DNA of 64,000 nt from an uncultured Methylomirabilota bacterium. Its GTDB lineage: Bacteria; Methylomirabilota; Methylomirabilia; Methylomirabilales; 2-02-FULL-66-22. The stretch's first letter is position 1, and each line of letters opens with the position of its first letter. The stretch spans positions 3,744,001-3,808,000 of the forward strand of contig OY970067.1 in NCBI GenBank assembly GCA_963705305.1. The letters run 5' to 3'. Of the stretch, positions 1 to 9,703 are shown one piece after another. The notes below the pieces were generated by a model. That model was not told where the DNA came from, did not search any database, and saw only the letters and a program-made list of their open reading frames with translations. A program made the position numbers and the translations under genes.

Positions 1-2
1 TG

Positions 3-846
3 CGGCCGGCTGTTCGTTTCGTCCGGCGAATCGGGGACGTTCGCTTCGGCGCTCCGGAGGTGCACTTCCTGGAATTCCCCGGTGTCCCAACGGAGGCGTT
101 CAAATTGGGAATGCTGAGCGCCGAAGCGGGGAAGTCGACTCTCGAGGCGCTTGCCTTCACCCTGGACCTGGCGCGTGCGGGACACCTCAGCGCCATCGTC
201 TTTGCCCCGCTGAACAAACAGGCTATGCATATGGGGGGGTCCCCGTTCCCGGATGAGCTGCATTTCTTTGCCCACCGCCTCGGGTGGAAGGGCCACGTCT
301 GCGAGCTAAATGTGCTGGACAACCTGTGGACGTTCTCGCGTGACTTCCCATGTCGGCTTGGCCAAGGTCTCTTCCCTGGTGACGAAGAAGCGGGTGTACG
401 AAGCAATCGAGCTGATGCACCGGACGCTGCAGCTCTCGGGCGTAATCTCGCCTCGTCTGGCGGTGGCAGCCCTCAACCCGCACGGCGGAGAAGGGGGCCT
501 GTTCGGCGACGAAGAGACCGAAGCCATTGCACCGGGCATCGAGCTGGCGCGAGGCCGAGGCATTCGCGCCGATGGGCCGTTCCCGGCGGATACGATCTTC
601 CTGCGTGCCAGGAACGACGGCTATGAGGCGGTCGTCTCGATGTATCACGACCAGGGGCAGATTGCCATGAAGCTGATGGGCTTCGAGCGCGGCGTGACGG
701 TTCAGGGGGGGCTTCCCGTTCCCATTACGACCCCAGCCCACGGCACCGCCTTCGACATTGCCGGTCAGGGAAAGGCCAATCCATCGGCGCTTGAGTCGGC
801 CCTCAAGCTGGCAATCATGATGGCAGATTATTCAAATAAAACATAA
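3..846 (+). CDS. pdxA: PdxA-family dehydrogenase (PdxA/PdxA2), 5'-partial, with a +1 frameshift near nt 333
   Basis: Motifs APLNKQAM, LNPHGGE, GPFPADT, MYHDQG and TTPAHGTAFDIAG. The N-part is in the frame of ORF 60 and the C-part in the frame of ORF 310; removing one T in ACGTTCTCGC restores NLWTSRVTSH. Confidence 0.85.
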
Positions 847-1017
847 TAAAACAAATATGTTATGATGAATAAATGATGTGAATTCTATGTCCATGTCGCG
901 CCGCGTTTATGGGATCTCACCGCCCATGTCCGACCGTCCGGAATCATGCCGGCGAGGGTATTGTCGTCGCCGTCTCGTTAAGATCCAATAAGAACACTTC
1001 CCATGAAGAATTGCGTC

Positions 1018-1067
1018 TTGACTTGACTTGAATTCGGAATATATTCAACAATGTAATTGATTACATT
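1018..1067 (+). promoter_or_regulatory. sigma70-like promoter (TTGACT-16-TATATT) with a LacI-type palindromic operator AATGTAATTGATTACATT
   Basis: -35 at 1018-1023, -10 at 1040-1045, 8-bp-arm palindrome at 1050-1067, directly upstream of a LacI-family gene. Confidence 0.65.
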
Positions 1068-1138
1068 CCATCGCATGAGAAAGTTCAGCGCCCAAGCAGA
1101 CCTGATATCATCCGTCTGTCGGACGCTTCGGAGAGCCG

Positions 1139-2203
1139 ATGGCGGACACCGCTTCTCCTCGCCACAACTCCGGGACGACTAGACTCAAGGATGTGGCGCG
1201 CCTGGCGGGGGTGTCGACAGCTACAGTCTCCCGAGTCCTGAATGACCTCGGTTTGACCAGTGACGTGACCCGCGAGCGCGTTCTGCATGCAGTGCGCGAA
1301 CTCGACTATCACCCAAACTGGCTGGCCCGGAGCCTGCGGAGTCGACGGACAAACACTCTGGGGCTTATCCTTCCGGATATCGAAAATCCCTTCTTCACCT
1401 CGTTGGTCAAGGGGGTGGAACGCTCGGCGTCGGCGCGGGGCTGGAATGTTATCTTCTGCAACACGGACGAGAGCATCCAGCGGGAGGAGGCCTTGGTTCG
1501 GACCCTGGCAGAGCGGAAGATCGACGGGCTGATCCTGTGTCCGGCCGCCGGTCCCCACGAGTACATGAAGCGATATCTGGAGCACGGCCTTCCCATTGTC
1601 ACGGTCAACCGCACCCTTGCAGATGTCTCTGTTCCTGCCGTGACCGCCGACAACCAGCAGGGGGCATACGAGGCGGTGCGTCACCTTCTGGCCAAAGGGC
1701 ATCGGCCGCTCGCGCTCATCCTGGGAACTCCCGGATTGAGCACGACCGAGGCGCGCCTGGCCGGATGTCGGCGGGCAGCCCAGGAGTTCGCCCTCGGACC
1801 CGAGGACCTCTACATCAGGGCCGGGTACGGGAGAACGGCCCAAGGGTTCAAGGCAACCCTGGAGAGTCTGGATCTTCATCCCCGCCCGCGTGCCGTGTTC
1901 GCCTTCAACAATCTGATGGCCGAGGCGGCGCTGATGGCGATCCATCATCGCGGCCTGAGATGTCCGGACGATGTGGCCCTCATCGGCTTTGACGATTTCC
2001 GCTCTGCCGCTGCCCTGAGCCCGCCGCTTTCGGTGGTCGAGCAGGACCCGGAAGGCATGGGGGCCAAGGCGGTCGATCAGTTGGCGCGGGTCATCGCGGC
2101 AGGAGAGCAGGCCGCGGCCTGCACCGTCATGCCGACCCGCCTGCTGATCCGGGAGTCGTGCGGGTGCTTCAGTGCGGCCGGCGGGGGCGGGAACAGCTCC
2201 TGA
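1139..2203 (+). CDS. LacI-family transcriptional regulator
   Basis: N-terminal HTH LKDVARLAGVSTATVSRVLN, periplasmic-binding-like core, GFDD and RESCGC. Confidence 0.95.
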   Translation: MADTASPRHNSGTTRLKDVARLAGVSTATVSRVLNDLGLTSDVTRERVLHAVRELDYHPNWLARSLRSRRTNTLGLILPDIENPFFTSLVKGVERSASARGWNVIFCNTDESIQREEALVRTLAERKIDGLILCPAAGPHEYMKRYLEHGLPIVTVNRTLADVSVPAVTADNQQGAYEAVRHLLAKGHRPLALILGTPGLSTTEARLAGCRRAAQEFALGPEDLYIRAGYGRTAQGFKATLESLDLHPRPRAVFAFNNLMAEAALMAIHHRGLRCPDDVALIGFDDFRSAAALSPPLSVVEQDPEGMGAKAVDQLARVIAAGEQAAACTVMPTRLLIRESCGCFSAAGGGGNSS

Positions 2204-2335
2204 GAGGGCTGAGTGAGGTCTGGATATCCCGGGCGCGGGATGGATGCGCGACACCGCGCCCGGGCGAGCCCGCTCCCCCGAGCCGGATTGGGGCGGAGCG
2301 GCTGTCTTGTGGAACCCCTAGAGAGAGGAGACAGC

Positions 2336-3655
2336 ATGATGGGAGACAAGAGGCGATCGGGAGGTCCGAAGGACGGACGGGCCATCAGCCGGCGGAGATT
2401 CCTGGGCGTGACCGCCGGCGCCACGGCGGCCCTGTCCTTCGGGACATTCCTGCGGACCGGGCTCGGGGCCACCAAGGTCAACGTCCTGACCTGGTCCAAC
2501 ACGCTGAACGCGATGGACGACATCCTGCGGGAGCAGGCCAAGCAGTACACGAAGGAAAAAGGGGTCGAGATCAGCTTCGAGTTCATCAACCAGACCGATC
2601 TCCCGACCAAGACCGCGGCGGCCGTGGAGAGCGGGGCCGGCCCGGACATCATCACGCTCTGGAGCGACGGCCCCCATCTGTACACCGACTCCCTGATCAA
2701 CATCGGCGACGTGGCCACAGGCCTGGGCAAGCAACTCAAGGGGTGGACCAACATCGCCCAGGACATCGCCATCGTCGGCAAGACCTGGAAGGCGGTGCCG
2801 TGGGGCATCATCCCGATCGCCATCAACTACCGGACGGACTGGGCGAAGGAGGTCGGCTACACCAAGTTCCCGGATACCTATGACGAGATGCTGGTCCTGT
2901 GCCGGAAAATGAAAGAGAAGGGGCACTACTCCGGCTTTGCCCTCGGCCGCTCCATCGGAGACGCGAACCAGTCCCACTACCCGATGCTCTGGGCCCACGG
3001 GGGCGCCGAGTGCAAGAAGGACGGCAAGACGGTGGATATCAATTCGCCAGGGACGGCCAAGGCCGTGGACTACGTGCGCCGGCTGTTCAAGGAGGGCGAG
3101 ACGGAAGACGTCTTCTCTTGGGACGACTCCAGCAACAACCGGGCGTTCCTGGCAGGGGAGCTGGCGGTCACCGGCAACGCGGCCAGCATCTACTGGGCCG
3201 AGAAGCAGAACGCCCCGCAGCTGCGCGCGGTGACGGACCACGCCCTCTGGCCCAAGGGCCCGGCCGGCCGCTTCGGCTACTCCACGGCGATCAGCCTCGG
3301 GATCTTCAAGTTCTCCAAGGTCCAGAAGGAGGCCAAGGCCTTCATCCAGTGGCTGCTGGAGCCGAAGCAGTACTCCGCCTGGATCGGCATGGGCGAGGGC
3401 ATGATGGCGGGGCTCCTCAACTTCTACGAGAATGACCCGGTGTGGAAGAAGGACCCGAAGTTGGAGGTCATTCGGGAGATCCCGAAGTACGTGCGCATGC
3501 CCGGCTACCCCGGGCCGCCGACCCGGTATGCCGCCGAGGCGATGGTGAAGTACGTGATCGTCAACATGTTCGCCCGGGCCTGCAGGGGGATGTCCACCGC
3601 CGAGACCATCAAGCAATGCGAGGCGGAGCTGAAGGAGATTTACTCGAAGGCATAG
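2336..3655 (+). CDS. Carbohydrate ABC transporter substrate-binding protein, Tat signal
   Basis: RBS GAGAGGAG, twin-arginine SRRRFL, GAGPDII, SWDDSSNNRAFLAG. Confidence 0.9.
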   Translation: MMGDKRRSGGPKDGRAISRRRFLGVTAGATAALSFGTFLRTGLGATKVNVLTWSNTLNAMDDILREQAKQYTKEKGVEISFEFINQTDLPTKTAAAVESGAGPDIITLWSDGPHLYTDSLINIGDVATGLGKQLKGWTNIAQDIAIVGKTWKAVPWGIIPIAINYRTDWAKEVGYTKFPDTYDEMLVLCRKMKEKGHYSGFALGRSIGDANQSHYPMLWAHGGAECKKDGKTVDINSPGTAKAVDYVRRLFKEGETEDVFSWDDSSNNRAFLAGELAVTGNAASIYWAEKQNAPQLRAVTDHALWPKGPAGRFGYSTAISLGIFKFSKVQKEAKAFIQWLLEPKQYSAWIGMGEGMMAGLLNFYENDPVWKKDPKLEVIREIPKYVRMPGYPGPPTRYAAEAMVKYVIVNMFARACRGMSTAETIKQCEAELKEIYSKA

Positions 3656-3674
3656 GCCGCCTGACAGGACGGAG

Positions 3675-4598
3675 ATGCGGATGGAAACCACTACAGGGGC
3701 AGCACAAGTGCCGGCGCAGCCGCTGCTGCGCCGCTTCCTGAAGCCGGAAGCGCTGACGGGGTACTTTCTGATCTCCCCGGCGGTCTTCCTCCTCCTGGTG
3801 CTCCTGGCCTATCCCTTCGTCCTGGCCGTCTGGATCAGCCTCACCAGCCGGGTCCTGGGGGAGCCGGGGAAGTTCGTCGGACTGGGGAACTTCACCCGGC
3901 TCCTCCTGGACCCGCTCTTCCGGCAGGTCGTCCAGAACTCGTTCGTGTACACCATCACCACGGTCGCCCTGAAGATGCTGCTCGGCATCATCCTGGCCGT
4001 CCTGCTGAATCAGGAGATGCCCTGCCGCAACCTCATCCGCGGAGCCATTCTCCTGCCCTGGATCGTGCCCACCTCCCTCAGCGTCCTCACGTGGCTCTGG
4101 ATGTTCGACTCCCTGTTCAGCGTGATCAACTACATCCTGCTGGGGGCGGGGCTCATCCACCAGAAGATCCCCTGGCTGGGCGACCCCTTCTGGGCCATGG
4201 TCTCCGTCATCATCGTCAATACCTGGCGGGGGCTGCCGTTCTTCGCCATCTCGTTCCTGGCGGGGCTCATGACCATCCCCAAAGAGCTGTACGAGGCCGC
4301 CGAGACCGACGGGGCCAAATGGTTTCGCCAGTTCTGGAACATCACCCTGCCGCTCCTGGAGCCGGTCATCGCCGTGGTGGTCCTGTTCTCGACCATCTGG
4401 ACCTTCGCCGACTTCCAGATTGTCTACATCCTGACCCACGGCGGGCCGATCAACGCCACCAATATCTTCGCCACCATGGCCTACGATGTGGCGCTGGTGG
4501 CCGGGCGGATCGGCGAAGGGTCCGCCATTTCGCTCTTCCTGTTCCCGATGCTCTTGTTCGTCATCATTCTCATGCTGAAGTACATCCGCCGCGACTAG
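3675..4598 (+). CDS. Carbohydrate ABC transporter permease (MalF/UgpA-like)
   Basis: FVGLGNF, EAA loop ELYEAAETDGA, hydrophobic segments. Confidence 0.93.
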   Translation: MRMETTTGAAQVPAQPLLRRFLKPEALTGYFLISPAVFLLLVLLAYPFVLAVWISLTSRVLGEPGKFVGLGNFTRLLLDPLFRQVVQNSFVYTITTVALKMLLGIILAVLLNQEMPCRNLIRGAILLPWIVPTSLSVLTWLWMFDSLFSVINYILLGAGLIHQKIPWLGDPFWAMVSVIIVNTWRGLPFFAISFLAGLMTIPKELYEAAETDGAKWFRQFWNITLPLLEPVIAVVVLFSTIWTFADFQIVYILTHGGPINATNIFATMAYDVALVAGRIGEGSAISLFLFPMLLFVIILMLKYIRRD

Positions 4599-4607
4599 AG
4601 GACGCCC

Positions 4608-5456
4608 ATGCGACGAACGCGCTATCGGAGAATCCAACGGCTCTTCGGGCTGTACCTGCCCCTGGCGCTCTTCCTGGTCTTCGCCCTGTTCCCGTTCTAC
4701 TGGATGGCCCTCAGCAGCTTCAAGCCCAATTCGGAGCTGTACAACCTGCATGCGAACCGGCTGTGGATCCAGCACCCCACCCTGGACCAGTTCCGGGATC
4801 TGTTCGCCAAGACCGCCGTCCTCCGCTGGCTCTGGAACAGCTTCTTCGTCTCGTTCCTGACCTCCTTCATCTCCATGGCCTTCGGGGTCATGGCGGGCTA
4901 CGCCCTGGCCCGGCTGAAGTTCCCGGGGGCCCAGGCCTTCGGCCTGGCGACCTTCGTCACCTATCTCGTTCCCACGACCCTCATCTTCATCCCCCTGGCC
5001 AGCGTGGTCCAGTGGCTGGGCCTCTCGAACTCCATCTGGGCCCTGGTGGCGACCTACCCGACCTTCCTCATCCCGTTCTGCACCTGGATGCTCATCGCCT
5101 ACTTCAAGTCCATCCCGAAGGACATGGAGGAGTGCGCCATGATCGACGGGTGCAGCCGGCTCGGGGCCATGGTCTGGATCGTCCTCCCCATGGCCATCCC
5201 GGGGGTCATCTTCTCGGCCATGTTCAGCTTCACCCTGTCCTGGAACGAGTTCGTTTACGCCCTCACCTTCATCTCCAACACCACCCAGAAGACCATGTCG
5301 GTGGCCGTCCCCACCGAGCTCATCCGGGGGGACGCCTACTTCTGGGGGGAGCTCATGGCGGCCTCGCTGGTGGGCTCGGTGCCCGTGGCCCTGCTCTACT
5401 CCTTCTTCATGGACTACTTCGTCTCCGGCCTCACCGCCGGCGCCCTCAAGGGGTGA
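4608..5456 (+). CDS. Carbohydrate ABC transporter permease (MalG-like)
   Basis: YALARLKFPG, EECAMIDGCS, SWNEF, VSGLTAGALKG. Confidence 0.93.
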   Translation: MRRTRYRRIQRLFGLYLPLALFLVFALFPFYWMALSSFKPNSELYNLHANRLWIQHPTLDQFRDLFAKTAVLRWLWNSFFVSFLTSFISMAFGVMAGYALARLKFPGAQAFGLATFVTYLVPTTLIFIPLASVVQWLGLSNSIWALVATYPTFLIPFCTWMLIAYFKSIPKDMEECAMIDGCSRLGAMVWIVLPMAIPGVIFSAMFSFTLSWNEFVYALTFISNTTQKTMSVAVPTELIRGDAYFWGELMAASLVGSVPVALLYSFFMDYFVSGLTAGALKG

Positions 5457-5490
5457 CCGGGTTCCCGCGAAAGCGAAAGGAGGTTCCTGC

Positions 5491-5928
5491 ATGCAGTATT
5501 TCGTTTCCCAGGCGGCACCCCGGGCTGTCCTGGTGATGTTCGACCGGGATGACTTGCTGCTCGAGGGCCTTCAGGAGGTCGTCAAGAAAGAGCGGATCGA
5601 CACGGCGGCCATCACCGGGGGGATCGGCTCTCTCCAGCGGGTTCACCTGCACACCATCACTACCACCGGCTTTCCCCCCGCCGACAAGTACTGGAACTTC
5701 ACCGGGCCCATAGAGATGGGGAGCGTCCAAGGCTCCGTCATCGGCGGGGACGTCCACGCCCACCTGAGCGTCTTCGACTGGGACAACAAGCAGACCTATA
5801 TCGGCCACCTGGAGCCCGGCAGCATTGTGGCCTACCGGGCAGAGGTCAGCCTGGCGGTCCTGGAGGGGGTGCAGACGGAGCGGTACAACGACGCCCAGGG
5901 GAATTTCCTCATCCGGCAGAAGAAGTAG
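5491..5928 (+). CDS. PPC/DUF296-domain protein
   Basis: GGIGSL, HAHLS and GHL motifs; RBS AAGGAGG. Confidence 0.8.
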   Translation: MQYFVSQAAPRAVLVMFDRDDLLLEGLQEVVKKERIDTAAITGGIGSLQRVHLHTITTTGFPPADKYWNFTGPIEMGSVQGSVIGGDVHAHLSVFDWDNKQTYIGHLEPGSIVAYRAEVSLAVLEGVQTERYNDAQGNFLIRQKK

Positions 5929-5943
5929 TCAGGAGGTCGGCCC

Positions 5944-6888
5944 ATGAATGTGTCTCGTATTGCGGTCGCCGGCACCGGGATGATGGGGCCGGGAATTGCC
6001 GCCACGTTTGCGCTGGCCGGCTGCGAGGCCCTGATCGTCAGCCGGACAGCCGAGAACGCCGCCAAGGGCGTGGCCGCGGCGCAGAAGCTCCTGTCCACGC
6101 TGGCGGAGAACGGTCTGGCGGATGCGTCCGAGGCCAGGGCGGCCCAGTCCCGCTTTGCGCCTTCCACCAGCCCCGAGGAGGCGGTCCGCTCCGTGCAGCT
6201 CTTCGTGGAGTCCATCGCCGAGAACCTGGAGGTCAAGCAGGACTACTTCGCGCGCCTGGACCGGGCGGCGCCGGAGACGATCCTGTGCTCCAACACGTCG
6301 GGGATCAGCATCACCAAGATCGCGGCGAAGTGCGCGAGGCCCCAGCGGGTCATGACGACGCACTTCTGGAATCCACCCTATCTCATGCCGCTGGTCGAGG
6401 TGGTGGTGGGGGAGCGCACGGACCTGGCCATCGCCGAGAGCGTCGTGGCCCTGCTCAAGGCCTGCGGCAAGGTCCCCGTCCTGGTACGCAAGGACGTACC
6501 GGGACAGCTGGGCAACCGGATCCAGCACGCCATGATCCGCGAGTGCATGCATCTCGTGGCGGAGGGGATCGCCACGGCGGAGGACGTGGATCTGGCGGTC
6601 AAGGCCGGCGTGGGGCTGCGCTTCCCGGTCTACGGGGTCTACGAGCACGCGGATCTGGTCGGGCTGGATCTGGTCAAGGCGGTGCAGGACTACGTGGTGC
6701 CCGATCTCAGCAAGGTGCAGGGAGCCTCGCCCATCCACAACGAAAAGGTGGCCAAGGGCGAGCTGGGCGCGCGGGTCGGCAAGGGGTTCCTGGATTGGCC
6801 TGCGGGGAAGGCCGAACAGGTCCGCGCCAGGCGCGACGGTTTCCTGATGCAGTTCCTGCGCTGGGAGAAGGAAGGTCGCTTTTCCTGA
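5944..6888 (+). CDS. 3-hydroxyacyl-CoA dehydrogenase-family protein
   Basis: Rossmann GTGMMGPG, ESIAENLEVK, SNTSG, HFWNPPYLMPLVEV. Confidence 0.88.
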   Translation: MNVSRIAVAGTGMMGPGIAATFALAGCEALIVSRTAENAAKGVAAAQKLLSTLAENGLADASEARAAQSRFAPSTSPEEAVRSVQLFVESIAENLEVKQDYFARLDRAAPETILCSNTSGISITKIAAKCARPQRVMTTHFWNPPYLMPLVEVVVGERTDLAIAESVVALLKACGKVPVLVRKDVPGQLGNRIQHAMIRECMHLVAEGIATAEDVDLAVKAGVGLRFPVYGVYEHADLVGLDLVKAVQDYVVPDLSKVQGASPIHNEKVAKGELGARVGKGFLDWPAGKAEQVRARRDGFLMQFLRWEKEGRFS

Positions 6889-7079
6889 TCCTCGAAAGGT
6901 TCGGGAAGATCCAGGCCGTGATGAGCGACGCCGACGCGGTGTGCGGTCCCAAGCCCGTCTTCGCCACCAATGTAGAGACGGAGGCCAAGCCGGTCTGCGC
7001 CGACGCCCGGCCGCCCCCAGCGCCGCTGCCGGCGACGAAACCTCGTGGGGGACGACAACGTTTCCAGGGAGGCTGTGCC

Positions 7080-8399
7080 ATGAAACAGAACGCAAGACAT
7101 GCCAGCCAGCACGGCGCGGGTCGCGGGATCAGCCGGCGAAAGTTCGTCGGGCTCACGGCCGGCGCCACGGCTGCCCTTTCCTTTGGGACATTCCTGCGGA
7201 GCGGTCTGGGTGCCGCCAAGGTCAACCTTCTGACGTGGCCCAACACCTTGAGCGCGATGGACGACGTGCTGCGCGAGCAGGCCAAGCAGTACACCAAGGA
7301 GAAGGGGGTCGAGGTCAACATCGAATTCATCAGCTATAACGACCTGCCGACCAAGACGGCGGCGGCCGTGGAGAGCGGCGCCGGCCCGGACATCATCACG
7401 CTGGTCGCCAACGGCGCCTACCTGTACGCCGATTCCCTGGTGGACATCCACGACGTCTCCGAATCCCTGGGCAAGCAGCTGAAAGGTTGGACCAACGTCG
7501 CCCGGGACGTCGGCATCGTCGGAAAGACCTGGAAGGCGGTGCCCTGGAGTATCTCTCCCCAGGTGATCAACTACCGCTCCGACTGGCTGAAGGAGGTCGG
7601 CTACACGGCATTCCCCGACACGTACGACGAGATGCTGGTCCTGGCCCGGAAGCTGAAGGACAAGGGCCATCCGGTAGGCTTCGCCCTGGGCCGGGCCATC
7701 GGGGACGCCAACCAGTTCCACTACCCCTTCCTGTGGGCCTTCGGCGGCTCCGAGTGCAAGAAGGACGGGAAGACGGTCGCCATCAACTCGCCCGAGACGG
7801 CCAAGGCGGTGGATTACCGGCGGGAGCTGTTCAAGGGCGGCGAATCGGAGGACGTTCTCTCCTGGGATGACTCCGGGAACAACCGCGCCTTCCTGGCTGG
7901 CGCGCTCTCGATCACCCTGAATGCCGTGAGCATCTACTGGGCCGAGAAGAAGAACGCGCCGGAGCTGCGGGCGGTGACGGATCATGCCCTGCCCCCCAAG
8001 GGGCCGGCCGGCCGCTTCGGCTACTCCACACCGTTCAGCCTTGGCGTCTTCAAGTTCTCCAAGGTCCAGAAGGAGGCCAAGGCCTTCATCCATTGGCTGA
8101 TGGAGCCCACGCAGTACTCCGCCTGGATCGGAGAGGGCGAAGGCATGATGGCGGGGCTTCTCAACTTCTACGAGAATGACCCGATCTGGAAGAAAGACCC
8201 CAAGTTCGCGGCGTCCCAGGAAGTGGTGAAGTACTGCCGCATGCCGGGGTACCCCGGGCCGCCGACCCGCCAGGCGGCCGAGGCCATGGTCAAGTACGTG
8301 ATCGTGAACATGTTCGCCCGCGCGGCCCGCGGCACCTCCACACTCGAGACCATCAAGCAGGCCGAGTCGGAGCTGAAGGAGATCTACGCCAAGGCCTAG
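7080..8399 (+). CDS. Second carbohydrate ABC substrate-binding protein (paralog of 2336-3655), Tat signal
   Basis: RBS GGGAGG, SRRKFV, long runs identical to the first SBP. Confidence 0.9.
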   Translation: MKQNARHASQHGAGRGISRRKFVGLTAGATAALSFGTFLRSGLGAAKVNLLTWPNTLSAMDDVLREQAKQYTKEKGVEVNIEFISYNDLPTKTAAAVESGAGPDIITLVANGAYLYADSLVDIHDVSESLGKQLKGWTNVARDVGIVGKTWKAVPWSISPQVINYRSDWLKEVGYTAFPDTYDEMLVLARKLKDKGHPVGFALGRAIGDANQFHYPFLWAFGGSECKKDGKTVAINSPETAKAVDYRRELFKGGESEDVLSWDDSGNNRAFLAGALSITLNAVSIYWAEKKNAPELRAVTDHALPPKGPAGRFGYSTPFSLGVFKFSKVQKEAKAFIHWLMEPTQYSAWIGEGEGMMAGLLNFYENDPIWKKDPKFAASQEVVKYCRMPGYPGPPTRQAAEAMVKYVIVNMFARAARGTSTLETIKQAESELKEIYAKA

Positions 8400-8673
8400 T
8401 GTACTGTGTCCGAAATCCTCTTACTTATCTTGAGCTCCGGCTCTGCACCCAGGCACCGGGTCCGCGGGCCAGCCGGGTCCGGTCGCCGCGGCCTCGCAGG
8501 AACCACGTGGCCTATCGACAGGCGCTCCCCGGCGCGGCGTGCCCTCCCGGGGCATCGCCGCCGGAGCAAGGCTGGCCGGTTCCGGGTACCCGCCCGAAGG
8601 GTGGGTGTAGACCCTAGGTGCCGCGGCGCGGAGCCGGGGCGAAAGTCGGCAGATTTCGGACACACGTGACTAG
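8396..8673. mobile_element. MITE-like element bounded by CTAG, with inverted repeats TGTGTCCGAAATC/GATTTCGGACACA
   Basis: CTAG at 8396-8399 (includes the SBP stop codon) and at 8670-8673; 13-bp perfect subterminal inverted repeat; no credible ORF. Confidence 0.6.
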
Positions 8674-8773
8674 CGGGCTGCTGAAAGACCTGCTTTCCCC
8701 AGGGCTGTTCAGGTCGAGATGTCCCTCGACTTGGCTCGGGGCCCTGAGCGAGTCGAAGGGCCTGTCGAACGGC
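8670..8773. repeat. REP/MITE-like repeat related to 52348-52615
   Basis: Shares the CTAGC..G..GCTGAA start and AGATGTCCCTCGACTT.GCTCGGG.CC.TGAGC...CGAACGGC with the 52.3 kb element. Confidence 0.6.
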
Positions 8774-8839
8774 ACTCCGGCGGGCGCCCCCGATGCGGGG
8801 CGCCCGCCGCATGCCTTTTGCGGGCTGCCCCGCGCCCGG

Positions 8840-9703
8840 TCAAGGCGGGGTTGGAGGGGCCGGCGGCATGGGTTCCGCCGGGTGCGCGAATTGCCGGATG
8901 GCGGCGAGGACCGCGTCGGCGATGGTCCAGGCCTTCTGGGAAATTGCCGAGAGCGCAGCGGGATCCCCCCGCGGATCGATGTCGACCAGCTTGGCGCCCC
9001 CCATGACCAGGAGCCCGTCCTTCACGATGCCGCGGATGATGCCCCCCACCCTGGCCACCAGGTCTCGATCCTCGACACGGCCCACGACCTGTCCGGCCTC
9101 CACGCACTGTCCGAGATCCAGAGGCGTCCGGAATATTCCCCGACAGGGTGCATAGAGGTAGCGGTCCTTGCCGTGCCCGGCGATCTCCAGCGGTTCGCCG
9201 GTATAGGCGTCCGCCTCGCCCTCCGTGATGATCCGTCCGAGGTTGGGCCCGCGGTTTGTCTCGATGACGACGTGGGCTTCCACGCCTGCCGTGAACCCCG
9301 GTCCCAACCCGATCACGAGCGGGGCATCGGTCGCGCGAGACCGGCCGCGCTCTTTCTTGCGGAGGCGGGCATCCACTACCACGCTCGGTCGGAGGCGTCC
9401 TGCGAGGCCCTCGTCGTCCGAGCCCAGGACCGGGATACCGGGCCGCGAGCGGAGAAGATCAGCGACTTCCTGGACGTCTCGGGCACGGATGGCGGTTACC
9501 CCTTCCAGGGTTACTCGTCCTTCGTAGATGGCGGAGGCGTACGCCATGCCGCGCCGCACGGTGAGAGGATGCGCCGCCTCGAGAATGGCCACGGCGTATC
9601 CGGCCAAGAATAACCGATGGCCCACCGCCGATGCGATGTCGTTCCCACCGTGGATCAGGACGATCCCGCCGACACCGAGGTTTGCCGAAGAGGATGTTTG
9701 CAT
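8840..9703 (-). CDS. yqeB: Selenium-dependent molybdenum hydroxylase system protein, YqeB family
   Basis: GGNDIASAVGHRL, PLTVRRG, VVDARLRKK, IGLGPGFTAG, VIETNRG, DIDPRG. Confidence 0.85.
   Translation of the reverse strand: MQTSSSANLGVGGIVLIHGGNDIASAVGHRLFLAGYAVAILEAAHPLTVRRGMAYASAIYEGRVTLEGVTAIRARDVQEVADLLRSRPGIPVLGSDDEGLAGRLRPSVVVDARLRKKERGRSRATDAPLVIGLGPGFTAGVEAHVVIETNRGPNLGRIITEGEADAYTGEPLEIAGHGKDRYLYAPCRGIFRTPLDLGQCVEAGQVVGRVEDRDLVARVGGIIRGIVKDGLLVMGGAKLVDIDPRGDPAALSAISQKAWTIADAVLAAIRQFAHPAEPMPPAPPTPP

Noticed and set aside
8840..9703. Selenoprotein (UGA read-through) genes suggested by the presence of yqeB
   Set aside because: I found no in-frame TGA at a conserved Cys position in the genes examined; YqeB relates to labile-selenium molybdenum hydroxylases, none of which is in this window.
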